DNA from: a virus
IMG/VR virus record: IMGVR_UViG_3300032284_002843
Span: 64,001-128,000 of that record
Reading direction: 5' to 3' (one strand)
DNA: 64,000 nucleotides
This document shows, in pieces, positions 28,440 to 38,086 of this stretch (position 1 is its first letter; each line of letters opens with the position of its first letter). The notes under the pieces were generated by a model, which did no database searches, had not been told where the DNA came from, and saw only the letters and a list, made by a program, of their open reading frames with translations. A program made the translations under genes and the position numbers.

Positions 28440-28788
28440 AATAACCCATCTGTTTTCTAACAGCAGTAGCAGATATTGATTCTATAGCCTCTCCGAGCTC
28501 AATTTTCTCAATTTTGTAACCAACATCTCTACCATAGAGAATATTAGTAATGTTTGGAACAAGAATTATTTGATATTTGCCAACATAATCTACTAGTTTC
28601 TCTTCGATCTTGTTCTTTACAAATTCAAAATCAAATGGATTCTTATCATCTGTACCGCCTGTGTCACGTACTGCGATTAGAACTTGTTCAGCTCTATTTA
28701 ATGCTTCTTTAAACAAAGCAAAATGCCCATCGTGGAATGGTTGATAACGGCCCAACATAAAGGCCGTTTGTTTTTTATTATCCCACAT
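28438..28788 (-). CDS. HxGH nucleotidyltransferase (cytidylyltransferase/NMNAT-like)
   Basis: GRYQPFHDGH, NPF, ISATAVR; TAATG overlap sets the start. Confidence 0.85.
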   Translation of the reverse strand: MWDNKKQTAFMLGRYQPFHDGHFALFKEALNRAEQVLIAVRDTGGTDDKNPFDFEFVKNKIEEKLVDYVGKYQIILVPNITNILYGRDVGYKIEKIELGEAIESISATAVRKQMGY

Positions 28789-29213
28789 TAAAAAGTACCC
28801 CAATGATCTTTAAACATTCTTGCATAAGTTGTTGCATTGAGATCTAAAATCTTTGAATTATAGTATGTTGGAGGCTGAAATAACTTGTTTGTATCTTCAA
28901 ATCTACCTTCTTTAATAGTATCCATCCATATTAAAAAGCAAGGACCAAATGCTGCTCTAGTTTCTTCTGTTGGACAAACAAAATCTGCAATGGCTATATG
29001 TCCTGCTGCGTTTACTGTATCACACAACCATCCCATACGTCTTGCCTGTTCAATTCTATCGTCAGTTGAAAAGCTAAGATCCTTATTAATATTTGATCTT
29101 ACAGCGTCAGCATTCCAATGAACTGCTCCTGTAAGTTTAGCTAATTCAGTCGCTAATGTAGTTTTACCACTACCTGGCAAACCCATTATTAATATCTTTA
29201 ATGGCTTATTCAT
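28788..29213 (-). CDS. Adenylylsulfate kinase-like P-loop kinase
   Basis: GLPGSGKTT, ADAVR, DLSFS..DR, FVCP. Confidence 0.8.
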   Translation of the reverse strand: MNKPLKILIMGLPGSGKTTLATELAKLTGAVHWNADAVRSNINKDLSFSTDDRIEQARRMGWLCDTVNAAGHIAIADFVCPTEETRAAFGPCFLIWMDTIKEGRFEDTNKLFQPPTYYNSKILDLNATTYARMFKDHWGTF

Positions 29214-29998
29214 TTAATAGATTCCAATCGTTTCCAGTTATTCACAGTTTTTCCTTTACAAAACCAAACTAATACAGATTTTGGATTTAATCCTTGGTCT
29301 TTTGCCCATTTTGTAATATTCTTAACTTTAATTATTTCTTTAGTGATTACATTTTCTAAAATATGAACACGACTATTTTTATCTGCTATTATCATTCTAG
29401 ATTCTGGTTTTGTGTTCATACCATTTTTATCACCTATGTTATTACCCTTAGATTTAAAAGTTTTAACACGTTTTTTTATTGTTGCATTTGACACCTGTTT
29501 ACCAGGATTTGAATGTATCATTCTTTCTGATCTTCTTTTACGCTCATTATCAGATAAATTTAGTTTTTTACCTTTACCTGATTCACTTATCATAGATTTT
29601 ATTTTATCAGCTTTGTCATATCCATATATTTCTTCATATGTTTTACCTTTTTGAAATGAAGTCCATTTTTGTCTAGATTTTTTATTTTTCTTTCTATACT
29701 TGGCTGTCCAATGTTTGCTATTGTTTCCACCTGATTCTTCTTCCATAGATAAATTTGCCCATTCATTGCTATCAACGACATTCCATAATTTACTAAAATA
29801 TACTCCCCATTTTTTTATTTCCTCATTTGAAGAACATTCTTTTAATATAAAAGTATCAACATTATTTCCATGCTTCCTAATATGTTTTAACCAATATTTT
29901 CCAGAACCTTTATATTTAAATGGATCTTTACTTGTCTTTCCTAAATATTTGAGATTTGTTAGCTTATGAATTTTTACATATAGATAAATCATTTTCAA
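29210..29998 (-). CDS. Free-standing GIY-YIG homing endonuclease (Seg-like)
   Basis: YLY...YLGKT...YKGSG; NUMOD-like KGKTYEEIYG; very AT-rich. Confidence 0.85.
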   Translation of the reverse strand: MKMIYLYVKIHKLTNLKYLGKTSKDPFKYKGSGKYWLKHIRKHGNNVDTFILKECSSNEEIKKWGVYFSKLWNVVDSNEWANLSMEEESGGNNSKHWTAKYRKKNKKSRQKWTSFQKGKTYEEIYGYDKADKIKSMISESGKGKKLNLSDNERKRRSERMIHSNPGKQVSNATIKKRVKTFKSKGNNIGDKNGMNTKPESRMIIADKNSRVHILENVITKEIIKVKNITKWAKDQGLNPKSVLVWFCKGKTVNNWKRLESIK

Positions 29999-30040
29999 CC
30001 TTGCATTGTACTAAAACTATTTAGTAAGGTATCCACTATC

Positions 30041-30730
30041 TTACAAATTATTTCCTTCTATATATTCATTTATTAATGATGCTAATGAAGGAAAATGTAT
30101 CATAAATTCTTTGGCCGCTGATATTGCAACTTCTCTATGTTCTTTTTGAGTGCTCTTATCACAACGTACTTGAAAATATGTAATCCAACTCCTGGCCGTT
30201 CCGTTCATGTAAATTCTAGACTTAGTCAGGCCTTCTGGCAAAATCGCTCTGGCTTGTTCTTTAGCTATTCCGTGATCAATAGCCCATTGATAATCAATCT
30301 TAGCTTGCTTAATATATTGTTCTTGAATCACCTTCCATGTTCCGTGCAAGGTTTTGTCGTCTGTTTCTATGCTATTTTGACGATTCTTAGTATCCTGCAA
30401 TCTTGCTTCTCTGGTAACAAATCCTAAGTCGTCAGTTGGGTCTGCATAGCGTTGGCTAAATTCTTGGAAGCTAAACGATCTATGACGCAATATTTGCCTA
30501 GCAATATCACGTGTTGTATCGATTTGCATTACAACGGTAACCATTTCAAATATACTGAAATGTTTATTTTTGATGCAATACTTTAAAAGCTTTTCTGAAG
30601 TTTCAGTGTTCATCTGATTGCTAGGATTTGATACCCTAGCACAATATGCTATGAACTCTTCAGCTGTGTTTATGTTTTCAATAAAAGGTTTGGTTATAGC
30701 AACTATCTTTGCTGTGTTATCATTTGACAT
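30041..30730 (-). CDS. thyX: Flavin-dependent thymidylate synthase
   Basis: ARVS, HFSIFE, RHRSFSFQEFSQRY, EQARAILP, TQKEHR. Confidence 0.96.
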   Translation of the reverse strand: MSNDNTAKIVAITKPFIENINTAEEFIAYCARVSNPSNQMNTETSEKLLKYCIKNKHFSIFEMVTVVMQIDTTRDIARQILRHRSFSFQEFSQRYADPTDDLGFVTREARLQDTKNRQNSIETDDKTLHGTWKVIQEQYIKQAKIDYQWAIDHGIAKEQARAILPEGLTKSRIYMNGTARSWITYFQVRCDKSTQKEHREVAISAAKEFMIHFPSLASLINEYIEGNNL

Positions 30731-30736
30731 ACATAC

Positions 30737-30765
30737 AATATGTCCAAGCACAGAGATTTAGTCAA
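30737..30765 (-). promoter_or_regulatory. Sigma70-type promoter, leaderless thyX
   Basis: TTGACT-17 nt-CATATT, 6 nt before ATG 30730. Confidence 0.6.
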
Positions 30766-30766
30766 C

Positions 30767-31141
30767 TTACCCTTTTTTAACTTTTGATGATTTCTTAGTT
30801 ACTGGTGCTTTTTTTGTTCTTGTTTTTTTAGGTGTAAGATTAATTGCTGGAAAATTTTCTTCGATTGATGCAATCAATAAAGTTGACCACTTGTTTACAT
30901 CTCGTTTGATTCTAGTAAAATCAATACTTACTGAACAATGCTGAATTTCGCTTTGTTCGGGCGGTATCGTCTTTTCTCTAGCACATAAATCTGCAAAATC
31001 ACTAGCCGATAGTTTATAACTAACTCCGGTTTTTGTTACAACAATTGCATCTTTAATATACCTAGTTGGTGGTTCTGTCTCAAGGACAAGGCTGTCTATG
31101 ATCTCGTCCCAAATGTCTGTAGAGGATTTTGCCTTTGGCAT
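30767..31141 (-). CDS. Hypothetical protein
   Basis: GATAAATA 31171-31178 and GAGAG RBS favour ATG 31141. Confidence 0.7.
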   Translation of the reverse strand: MPKAKSSTDIWDEIIDSLVLETEPPTRYIKDAIVVTKTGVSYKLSASDFADLCAREKTIPPEQSEIQHCSVSIDFTRIKRDVNKWSTLLIASIEENFPAINLTPKKTRTKKAPVTKKSSKVKKG

Positions 31142-31194
31142 ATTATTGATCTCTCTAAATATTTCACTATTATTTATCATTAAAGTGTGCTCCT

Positions 31195-31878
31195 CTATAC
31201 TTTTACATCAGGGTATTGTTGCATGAAAAATGTTTTTAACCATGCAAAATCATTTATACTTGATATGTGATCTACAGACGAAAAACAAAACTTTTCAGCA
31301 TCTTGATATCCCTTGTATCCCCAATGGGAAAAATCAGCATATTTGCTTGGATTTTTCCATCCTTCTAATCTGTTTAATGAATCAGTATCATTGGCGTTTT
31401 TACTCAAGTTAAAAAATAACTTAATTACTTCTCTAAATGTGCTTTTCCATGTTTCATACGGGGAAGAATTAAAAATAGTTGTAGCAATTACATTATCTAC
31501 TATTTTTATTTTGTCAAAACTTGTGGTAAAATCTAACCAGTTTTCCTTACGTGATGACAATAAATCTCGTGGCCAGAGCTTTACCGACCCATACCCATAA
31601 ATTAGAGAATTTAACTGATTTCTACTTAACCATAAATGAATATATTGTTGATCCCACTCAGCAGGGATAAAAGAAAAGTCCCAGGTGTCGTCTACAATCG
31701 TGTCGCCATCTACAGTATAAAACATTTTGGTAAATGATTGTTGGGCACACTTATAATGTGCATTGGCAATGCCTGATATTTTATGTATACGTCTTGCCTG
31801 TGGTATTTTTGATTTTAAATTTTTCCAGTTATCTTCAGCATTCGGCTCTTCATAACTGATAAAGAATACATCATACAT
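31195..31878 (-). CDS. Putative GT-A glycosyltransferase-like protein
   Basis: FFISYEEPNA, TVDGD (DxD), LIYGYGSVKLW; paralog of 31871-32785. Confidence 0.65.
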   Translation of the reverse strand: MYDVFFISYEEPNAEDNWKNLKSKIPQARRIHKISGIANAHYKCAQQSFTKMFYTVDGDTIVDDTWDFSFIPAEWDQQYIHLWLSRNQLNSLIYGYGSVKLWPRDLLSSRKENWLDFTTSFDKIKIVDNVIATTIFNSSPYETWKSTFREVIKLFFNLSKNANDTDSLNRLEGWKNPSKYADFSHWGYKGYQDAEKFCFSSVDHISSINDFAWLKTFFMQQYPDVKV

Positions 31879-32785
31879 TTCTTAAGGCCGTAAAATGACT
31901 TATTAATTGCGGACTCATACACTGCCTAGGAGTATTGATAAAAATTCTTTTAACAAACTTACTGGTGTCGGCGTCGATATCAGCTATATCTAATCCGAGA
32001 GACTGCTTAAGACTTTTTCCTAGATCAATTGATTCTTTATAGGGATCTTTTGATTGAACATCGTTCCACATCAAATTCATTGCTTCATAGTCTGATATGC
32101 GAGAATGGTCCCAATCGGTAAACATAGTCATATAACATCCTAATCGTGCTCCATATATTGACCAAATGCCATTATCAACATCTTGACCAAGGCTTGCCCA
32201 CACACATAACCTCTCTATATTACCAGGCCATAAATCTTTTGTGAAATTTTTTGGCTCAACACGTTTACCCCTATTTAAACACATTTTGACGCCTTCTCGA
32301 AAGCCACTTCTCCAGGCTTGCATAGGAGAACCATTAACCATAGTGCTGCTATAACATCCTAAAACTTCATGATATTTGTTACTCCAGCAAAATTCTACAG
32401 ATTTGGTCGGATCGTCACTATTTTCGTGACTATTCATGTTCATAACGTATTCTTTACTCCATAGCTTCAATCCGCCATTACCATAAATTAATCCGTTTAC
32501 ATAATTCCTGCCTGCCCAAGTCCATGCATGATCATGTTGATCATCTGCTATATCAATTTCCTGATCTAAAAATTCAGGATATACACTGTTGTCGCCGTCA
32601 ACTGTGATGAAAAAGTCAGTGTCACTAATTTCTGCACAGCGTCTATGTGCTGTATCAAATCCTTTTACACCGTGAACTCGTTTGGCCCAGGGTACTAAAT
32701 TAACTAATTCAGAATATAATAATTCTGCATTTGGTTCATCATAACTAAGAAAGATAAAATCAAAATTGATAGTTTTATAAATCAT
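31871..32785 (-). CDS. Putative GT-A glycosyltransferase-like protein
   Basis: FLSYDEPNA, TVDGD, LIYGNGGLKLW, GFREGVKM. Confidence 0.65.
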   Translation of the reverse strand: MIYKTINFDFIFLSYDEPNAELLYSELVNLVPWAKRVHGVKGFDTAHRRCAEISDTDFFITVDGDNSVYPEFLDQEIDIADDQHDHAWTWAGRNYVNGLIYGNGGLKLWSKEYVMNMNSHENSDDPTKSVEFCWSNKYHEVLGCYSSTMVNGSPMQAWRSGFREGVKMCLNRGKRVEPKNFTKDLWPGNIERLCVWASLGQDVDNGIWSIYGARLGCYMTMFTDWDHSRISDYEAMNLMWNDVQSKDPYKESIDLGKSLKQSLGLDIADIDADTSKFVKRIFINTPRQCMSPQLISHFTALRNV

Positions 32786-32791
32786 TGGTAA

Positions 32792-33226
32792 TTACCACCG
32801 TATGTAATAGCTATACTTGTCGCTATTAATAAAATTTATTGTAATAGCATTATCCTGTATTTCATAATTTCCTAAATCCCAAGTGTTAATCAGCCATGTT
32901 GGATTATTCTTTATACTTGCATACAACATAACATATTCTAATGGAGTTTTGGTATATATCTTGATGGTTTCGCCATCTGTTAATATCTGTAAGTGCCAAC
33001 CGTCTCTAGATATTAAATTCCAAAAAATAGGTACTTGATCAGATTCAGTTTTTTTGAAACATAATTTTTTATCAATTACTTCATAATCAGATAAACGTTT
33101 AGTTCCGCTTAAAAATTCCACTGCGTCCTTACCTGGTATTTCAATAGAATTCTCACTGCCAGCTGATCTTTTTATGGAAATCAGCTGACCATCCTCTGGA
33201 TTATAAATTATCCAAGCTTTATCCAT
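32792..33226 (-). CDS. Hypothetical protein in GT cluster
   Basis: ORF coupled to neighbours; ATG 33226 probable. Confidence 0.65.
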   Translation of the reverse strand: MDKAWIIYNPEDGQLISIKRSAGSENSIEIPGKDAVEFLSGTKRLSDYEVIDKKLCFKKTESDQVPIFWNLISRDGWHLQILTDGETIKIYTKTPLEYVMLYASIKNNPTWLINTWDLGNYEIQDNAITINFINSDKYSYYIRW

Positions 33227-34091
33227 ATTTGACGGCCTTTTCGTATATGGAAATAATGTCATCTGTAAGAAAGTCTTTTATATGATAATGAAAAGGATAT
33301 ACCTGTCTATGATTACCTATAATACATTCACAATTATCGGTAAAAAAAGGCTTTACATGTTCTCGCCAGTCTTCTGATAAATTTTCATAATTCCAACCTT
33401 GTATCATTGTCTTCATATGTGTAAACGTTGGATACATCGTTGGTTGATATGATGTTTTTTCAAAATCTAAAATTTTCATTGCAAGAGCAAATATAACATC
33501 AGTTGATAAAAATGTAGGTCTTGAATTAGCCTGTAAAAATTCTTCAAAGAATCTTTCCCAATTCCAAAAAATCATTTTAGCCAAATCAAAAGTTTGATAT
33601 GCTTGTTCTTTTTTCCTAAAGTAAAAAAACCCAGTATAAATGTTGGGTAAGTTATTATCTGTAAAAACTTTGCGATAATAATCAGATGTAACTGGGCAAC
33701 CAATCCAGTTACGCACAGTGTTGGTAAAAAGTAAATCTAACGGCTGCGCTTCAAAATATTGCCACCACGATGTGATGTCGGATAAAAAAAGCATGTCGCA
33801 ATCTAATTTAATTGTCTCATCGTAGGGACTCATATAGATAGCTTTCCACTCGTTGCTTAGTTTCCAGCTTTCATTTTCTGCATCATCCTGCCACGGAATT
33901 TCAATGATTTTATCAAATGCCCATGCATATTTTTCAGGTACTTGATATCCCTGTGACACACCAATTGATAAATTTGAAATAACTGATTGGCTTTTTTTAA
34001 GACTAAGTGCAAGCCCGTAGGCTAGCCTTACGTAATCAGTTGACGTATTATTTTGAGCAAAAGTGAAAAACCCTTTATTACTTTGTTGCAT
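33219..34091 (-). CDS. Putative GT8-like glycosyltransferase
   Basis: SPYDETIKLDCDML (DxD), YTGFFYF, HMK. Confidence 0.7.
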   Translation of the reverse strand: MQQSNKGFFTFAQNNTSTDYVRLAYGLALSLKKSQSVISNLSIGVSQGYQVPEKYAWAFDKIIEIPWQDDAENESWKLSNEWKAIYMSPYDETIKLDCDMLFLSDITSWWQYFEAQPLDLLFTNTVRNWIGCPVTSDYYRKVFTDNNLPNIYTGFFYFRKKEQAYQTFDLAKMIFWNWERFFEEFLQANSRPTFLSTDVIFALAMKILDFEKTSYQPTMYPTFTHMKTMIQGWNYENLSEDWREHVKPFFTDNCECIIGNHRQVYPFHYHIKDFLTDDIISIYEKAVKYG

Positions 34092-34971
34092 AGGTGATAA
34101 TTTTTTCAGCATTTCGTCCTATACTCCATTTATTCATAACATGTACGTTTGTTCGAATCTGATGTAATGAAAAATTTCCTTGATCCTTTTCTCCTACAAA
34201 AAATGCAGTGTTATTTTTAAAATCTAACAACTCATCATATTCCGTGCTAACCAAAATATACGGAACAGGGAAAGGTTTAATTGAATCCTGCTCAAACTGT
34301 CCTGATATCATATGTATAGCAATACTTAATGCATAATCATTGCGATAATACTTATTAGGAAAGAATTGATACAAATTTTCATAATAGCGGTAATTGTCTT
34401 TTACAAATTTAACTAAATTAAACAAACTTTGAGCTCTTGAATTTTTCTTAAAATAAATTGCAGTAGCCCAATATAATGGAATACTCATTTCGTTGAATCT
34501 AGTATCAAAACCATTTTGATCGTGCTTATGGTGTAAATCTTTAACTGCTTTATTAATTAAAATATCTTCAGTTCCATTCCATACAGAATCAAAAGAATTA
34601 TCTAACATTAAATAATCTGCATCTAATAATATAGTTTCATCAAATGGAGTTAAGTCAAAACTGTCCGGTCTATTTGAATTAAAATATGGCTGCGTTTTAA
34701 AAGCATATCTGGTATCAAAATATTTTCTATCTTTTACATCTCGGTCAATCTTAACAACTTGTATATTATCAAATGCTTTTTGTAATAGAGGAGCAGAATG
34801 TGTTTGCTTTAAGTAAGTTAATGTATCTTTGGTTGTTACTAGACAAACATTATTAATTGCACAGTTCTTCTTAATTAACAACGCAGCACATAAAGCCATT
34901 GTCCCATAATCAATTTCTTGATTATTATATGCATGTATTAGATAACCTTGTGACATATTATTTTGTTTCAA
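34078..34971 (-). CDS. Putative GT8-like glycosyltransferase
   Basis: TPFDETILLDADYL (DxD), YRNDYA, HVMNK; paralog of the downstream gene. Confidence 0.7.
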   Translation of the reverse strand: MKQNNMSQGYLIHAYNNQEIDYGTMALCAALLIKKNCAINNVCLVTTKDTLTYLKQTHSAPLLQKAFDNIQVVKIDRDVKDRKYFDTRYAFKTQPYFNSNRPDSFDLTPFDETILLDADYLMLDNSFDSVWNGTEDILINKAVKDLHHKHDQNGFDTRFNEMSIPLYWATAIYFKKNSRAQSLFNLVKFVKDNYRYYENLYQFFPNKYYRNDYALSIAIHMISGQFEQDSIKPFPVPYILVSTEYDELLDFKNNTAFFVGEKDQGNFSLHQIRTNVHVMNKWSIGRNAEKIITYATK

Positions 34972-35320
34972 AAATATCTGAAAATTGATCTTTAACTGAC
35001 CTAGCCTTTTTTAATTTAGAATATTCTGCATGATAAAAATTTGTAGCTTCAAAATACTTGCTTGTAATGTCTTTTAAAAAAGTCGGTAAATCCGTAATTT
35101 CAATTGGATTACCATTTGAATCTATTAATACAACAGTTTCGTATCCTAAATCTATAATACTCTTTACAAATGTAATTAAATCCGAGGATACCTTAAAAAT
35201 TCCACCATTGATAGCAAATACCAACATAGTTTCCATTTTGAGTTTAATGTTTTCTTTTTGATTAAAAAGACTTACCCTGTAATATGAAAAAACAAGAGCT
35301 TTTTGCAATTTATCGTCCAT
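34958..35320 (-). CDS. Conserved protein, possible tail fibre assembly factor
   Basis: GAGG RBS; directly downstream of fibre-like genes; function inferred from position. Confidence 0.55.
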   Translation of the reverse strand: MDDKLQKALVFSYYRVSLFNQKENIKLKMETMLVFAINGGIFKVSSDLITFVKSIIDLGYETVVLIDSNGNPIEITDLPTFLKDITSKYFEATNFYHAEYSKLKKARSVKDQFSDIFETK

Positions 35321-35366
35321 GTTATAACCTCTATAACATTATTACGAAAATGAATTGATAGATCAA

Positions 35367-36296
35367 TTATAGGTTAGATATAGTAGTAAACGTAGGACTT
35401 GCGATGGTCAATCCACCATCTTCTTTAAGCTCGTTTACAAAGCTGCTGATGGTTCCATCTAATGTTGCAGCCGCATCAAAAATAGCCTGCATTCTTATTA
35501 AACTACCATTGGCACCATTTGCTCCAACGTAATTTTCACGTCTGGCCTGTAGTGTATAAGACACAGCAGCATAATACATACCAGACCCTGCATGATGAAA
35601 TAATGTTTGATAATTACCTGTAAGACCATAGTAACCAATAGCGTATACTGTTCCACCCGATCCTGTATAAGTTGTATTCTGCGCTGCAAATTTGATTGTT
35701 CCCATTGCATTCAACAAGTTTGACATAGACGTATTTGGACCAGTTACAGAACCACCGGTTCTACTACCTGTCAAAAATATAGTGCCACCGCTGTTGAAAA
35801 AATATCTAGCTAGATTTTCAGTTGAACAATCTATTGTAAACTCATGCACAATTTGAGTGTTCCAACTGGTATTTCTTGTGCTGGTTAATTTTGATGTGTT
35901 TTGCATCTGACCTATGTCATAAGTCAATTTGGCTGCATCTAGGCTAGATATCAATGATGATAGATTTGGCCTACCTGCACTACCATCGTTGGCTCTAATA
36001 GAATTACCAGCTGATACTGTAGGCTGCAGCGTAAGGCCGGCACCTGTGTGAACATTTATAAGATTCATTACACTTCTAAGAGTATTCCATTGCGCTGCTG
36101 TTACTGTTTGTCCGGTACTTACTGCAGGAAAAGATATGTTTTGGCCATAACCTCTTATACCATATCCTACACCTATCAAAGCACTTAGCTTGTTAGTAGC
36201 TTCACCGTCGTTGGCATAGGGAGTCAAGGCATCATGTGGACCCCTAAATGAAAGGTAATCATTAGCTAGAATTTTTGAGCCAGCGACATAAGTCAT
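35367..36296 (-). CDS. Virion structural/tail fibre-associated protein
   Basis: G/T/S-rich; GYGQ, ARYFFNSGG motifs; structural operon. Confidence 0.7.
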   Translation of the reverse strand: MTYVAGSKILANDYLSFRGPHDALTPYANDGEATNKLSALIGVGYGIRGYGQNISFPAVSTGQTVTAAQWNTLRSVMNLINVHTGAGLTLQPTVSAGNSIRANDGSAGRPNLSSLISSLDAAKLTYDIGQMQNTSKLTSTRNTSWNTQIVHEFTIDCSTENLARYFFNSGGTIFLTGSRTGGSVTGPNTSMSNLLNAMGTIKFAAQNTTYTGSGGTVYAIGYYGLTGNYQTLFHHAGSGMYYAAVSYTLQARRENYVGANGANGSLIRMQAIFDAAATLDGTISSFVNELKEDGGLTIASPTFTTISNL

Positions 36297-36297
36297 T

Positions 36298-37449
36298 TTA
36301 GTTCTTGCCTAACACTATTTCAATAGATTCAATTCCAGTACTGGTTTTTTCAACAAGGCTTCTACCAAGTATTGCTAGATATCCATAGCTTTCTTCCCAT
36401 GCACAAGCGGATCCTTCTAAATCACTAAGCATTAATCTTTGACCCTTTTTCACCGGACCAACTACCTTGCATGGTACACGCCCAGTTAATGCCACAGCGA
36501 CATTCATTTCCGTGTCTGTGGGTTTACTGTTCATTAAATATGCTGGATTAGTAGATACTACGCCGAATACATCGCTATCGCCTTTGGTATTTGATACTGT
36601 TATTTCAGCTCTGCCGCCTAACTTAACAACTGTACCAGCTGCATACGGACGATCAGCCAAATACTTTTCAGCTAAGTCGGCGTACAACGCTTGTGTAGCA
36701 GTTCCTACAAAGTTAGTTGCATAGATACTTGAGAATTTATAGCTGCTGCTGCCTAAATCGTAAGTATTATCGACACTTGGTAAATTAGTCTGTGTTGTAT
36801 GGAACAGTGTAGCATCACCTGACACGCCAATGCCGGTAATTGTATTATTTAAATTTAAACCTGGTTGTATTGATGTGAAACCTGTAATAGCAGGAACCGG
36901 AACAAATGTAGCATCTTTACTGAAAATTCCAAGTAATACTCCACCTATAATTACATACCAAACTTGATGATTGGTGCTACCATCTGAAATTTTTGCTGCC
37001 TGTAGCTTACTGTAAGTTGAGATTGCAGGATTAACTGGATCAGCATTAGCACTGCTACCTAGAGGACCTACTAGCAACCATTGAGATGTACTGCTCCAAA
37101 CGTACAATTGGTTGTTTGTAGTATCGTACCAAAAAGCACCAACGTTGTTTCCTGGTCCAGGATTGGTCGGGGAAAGAACAGCTCCGCCGGCCCCTAACCA
37201 GCTTGATCCATTATAGAACTTTAACAACTGTACGCTTGTATCATACCATAATTGGCCAGTTACTGGATGGGCAGGCGCACTGGCATTTGCAAAGTTCTGC
37301 AACATCCAAAGCATATTTTCGTTAACTGGCTCACCATAATTTAAATAGCCTCTACCCGGAAACTTAATACTGGCATGTGTGCTATCTAACGTACCGTCCT
37401 GTACTGTTGTAAGTAGCGTGCCATCATAATTGAAAATATTTGTTGCCAT
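36298..37449 (-). CDS. Tail fibre-like protein with C-terminal chaperone-like domain
   Basis: GQLWYDT repeats; YADLAEKY...GVVSTNPAYLMN...GRVPCKV. Confidence 0.75.
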   Translation of the reverse strand: MATNIFNYDGTLLTTVQDGTLDSTHASIKFPGRGYLNYGEPVNENMLWMLQNFANASAPAHPVTGQLWYDTSVQLLKFYNGSSWLGAGGAVLSPTNPGPGNNVGAFWYDTTNNQLYVWSSTSQWLLVGPLGSSANADPVNPAISTYSKLQAAKISDGSTNHQVWYVIIGGVLLGIFSKDATFVPVPAITGFTSIQPGLNLNNTITGIGVSGDATLFHTTQTNLPSVDNTYDLGSSSYKFSSIYATNFVGTATQALYADLAEKYLADRPYAAGTVVKLGGRAEITVSNTKGDSDVFGVVSTNPAYLMNSKPTDTEMNVAVALTGRVPCKVVGPVKKGQRLMLSDLEGSACAWEESYGYLAILGRSLVEKTSTGIESIEIVLGKN

Positions 37450-37472
37450 TTGCGTCCTCTAAATTCTATGTA

Positions 37473-37480
37473 TATTTATA
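37473..37480 (-). promoter_or_regulatory. T4-type late promoter
   Basis: Exact TATAAATA upstream of GAGG RBS and ATG 37449. Confidence 0.7.
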
Positions 37481-37486
37481 TCATCT

Positions 37487-38077
37487 TTATACCGTTTGAA
37501 TTCTGATGGTATAAACAATTTCTAACTGCCTATTAAGGCTCTTTTGCACAGGGCTGAACACCACGTGTGTAAGTAGTCTACCCAGGCCTTGTCCGTTTGG
37601 ATCATATGCTTTTAACCCTAATTCATTAAAAACATAAGGTCCTAAAATATTTGTAGCTGTATCAAATGCTTCTTGTCCTGCCGGCTCGTTTACACCCAAA
37701 TTACATGTAACAATAATATCACTGTATGTTAAGCCATTAGTATGTGCTGTTGTTATGTAATTGTTAGATGGATCAGAATTATATGGACTAAGATCATCAA
37801 CAACTTTGATATAGGTTTGATTATAAAGTTGTGCACCAACTCCAATTACATTAGGTGGCAAATAGGTTATTGTACCGGTACCGCTTACGGTTGCAGCACC
37901 GTTGCCAAATACCATTTCTTGTATCCAACTATCTGTGCGATTTGCTAGTGTTCTAGCTAAAGATATGGAAAAATTTTCATAGTTTATTGCATTAAACTTA
38001 TCCACCAATATTTCGTTGGTTACTTTATCTTTAATTAGTACATGTCCACTTATTCTTTTTTCACTAGTATCTATCAT
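37487..38077 (-). CDS. Virion structural (baseplate/tail) protein
   Basis: FNELGL...LLTHVVFSPVQKSLNR...YTIRI; structural operon. Confidence 0.7.
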   Translation of the reverse strand: MIDTSEKRISGHVLIKDKVTNEILVDKFNAINYENFSISLARTLANRTDSWIQEMVFGNGAATVSGTGTITYLPPNVIGVGAQLYNQTYIKVVDDLSPYNSDPSNNYITTAHTNGLTYSDIIVTCNLGVNEPAGQEAFDTATNILGPYVFNELGLKAYDPNGQGLGRLLTHVVFSPVQKSLNRQLEIVYTIRIQTV

Positions 38078-38086
38078 TTTTTTACC

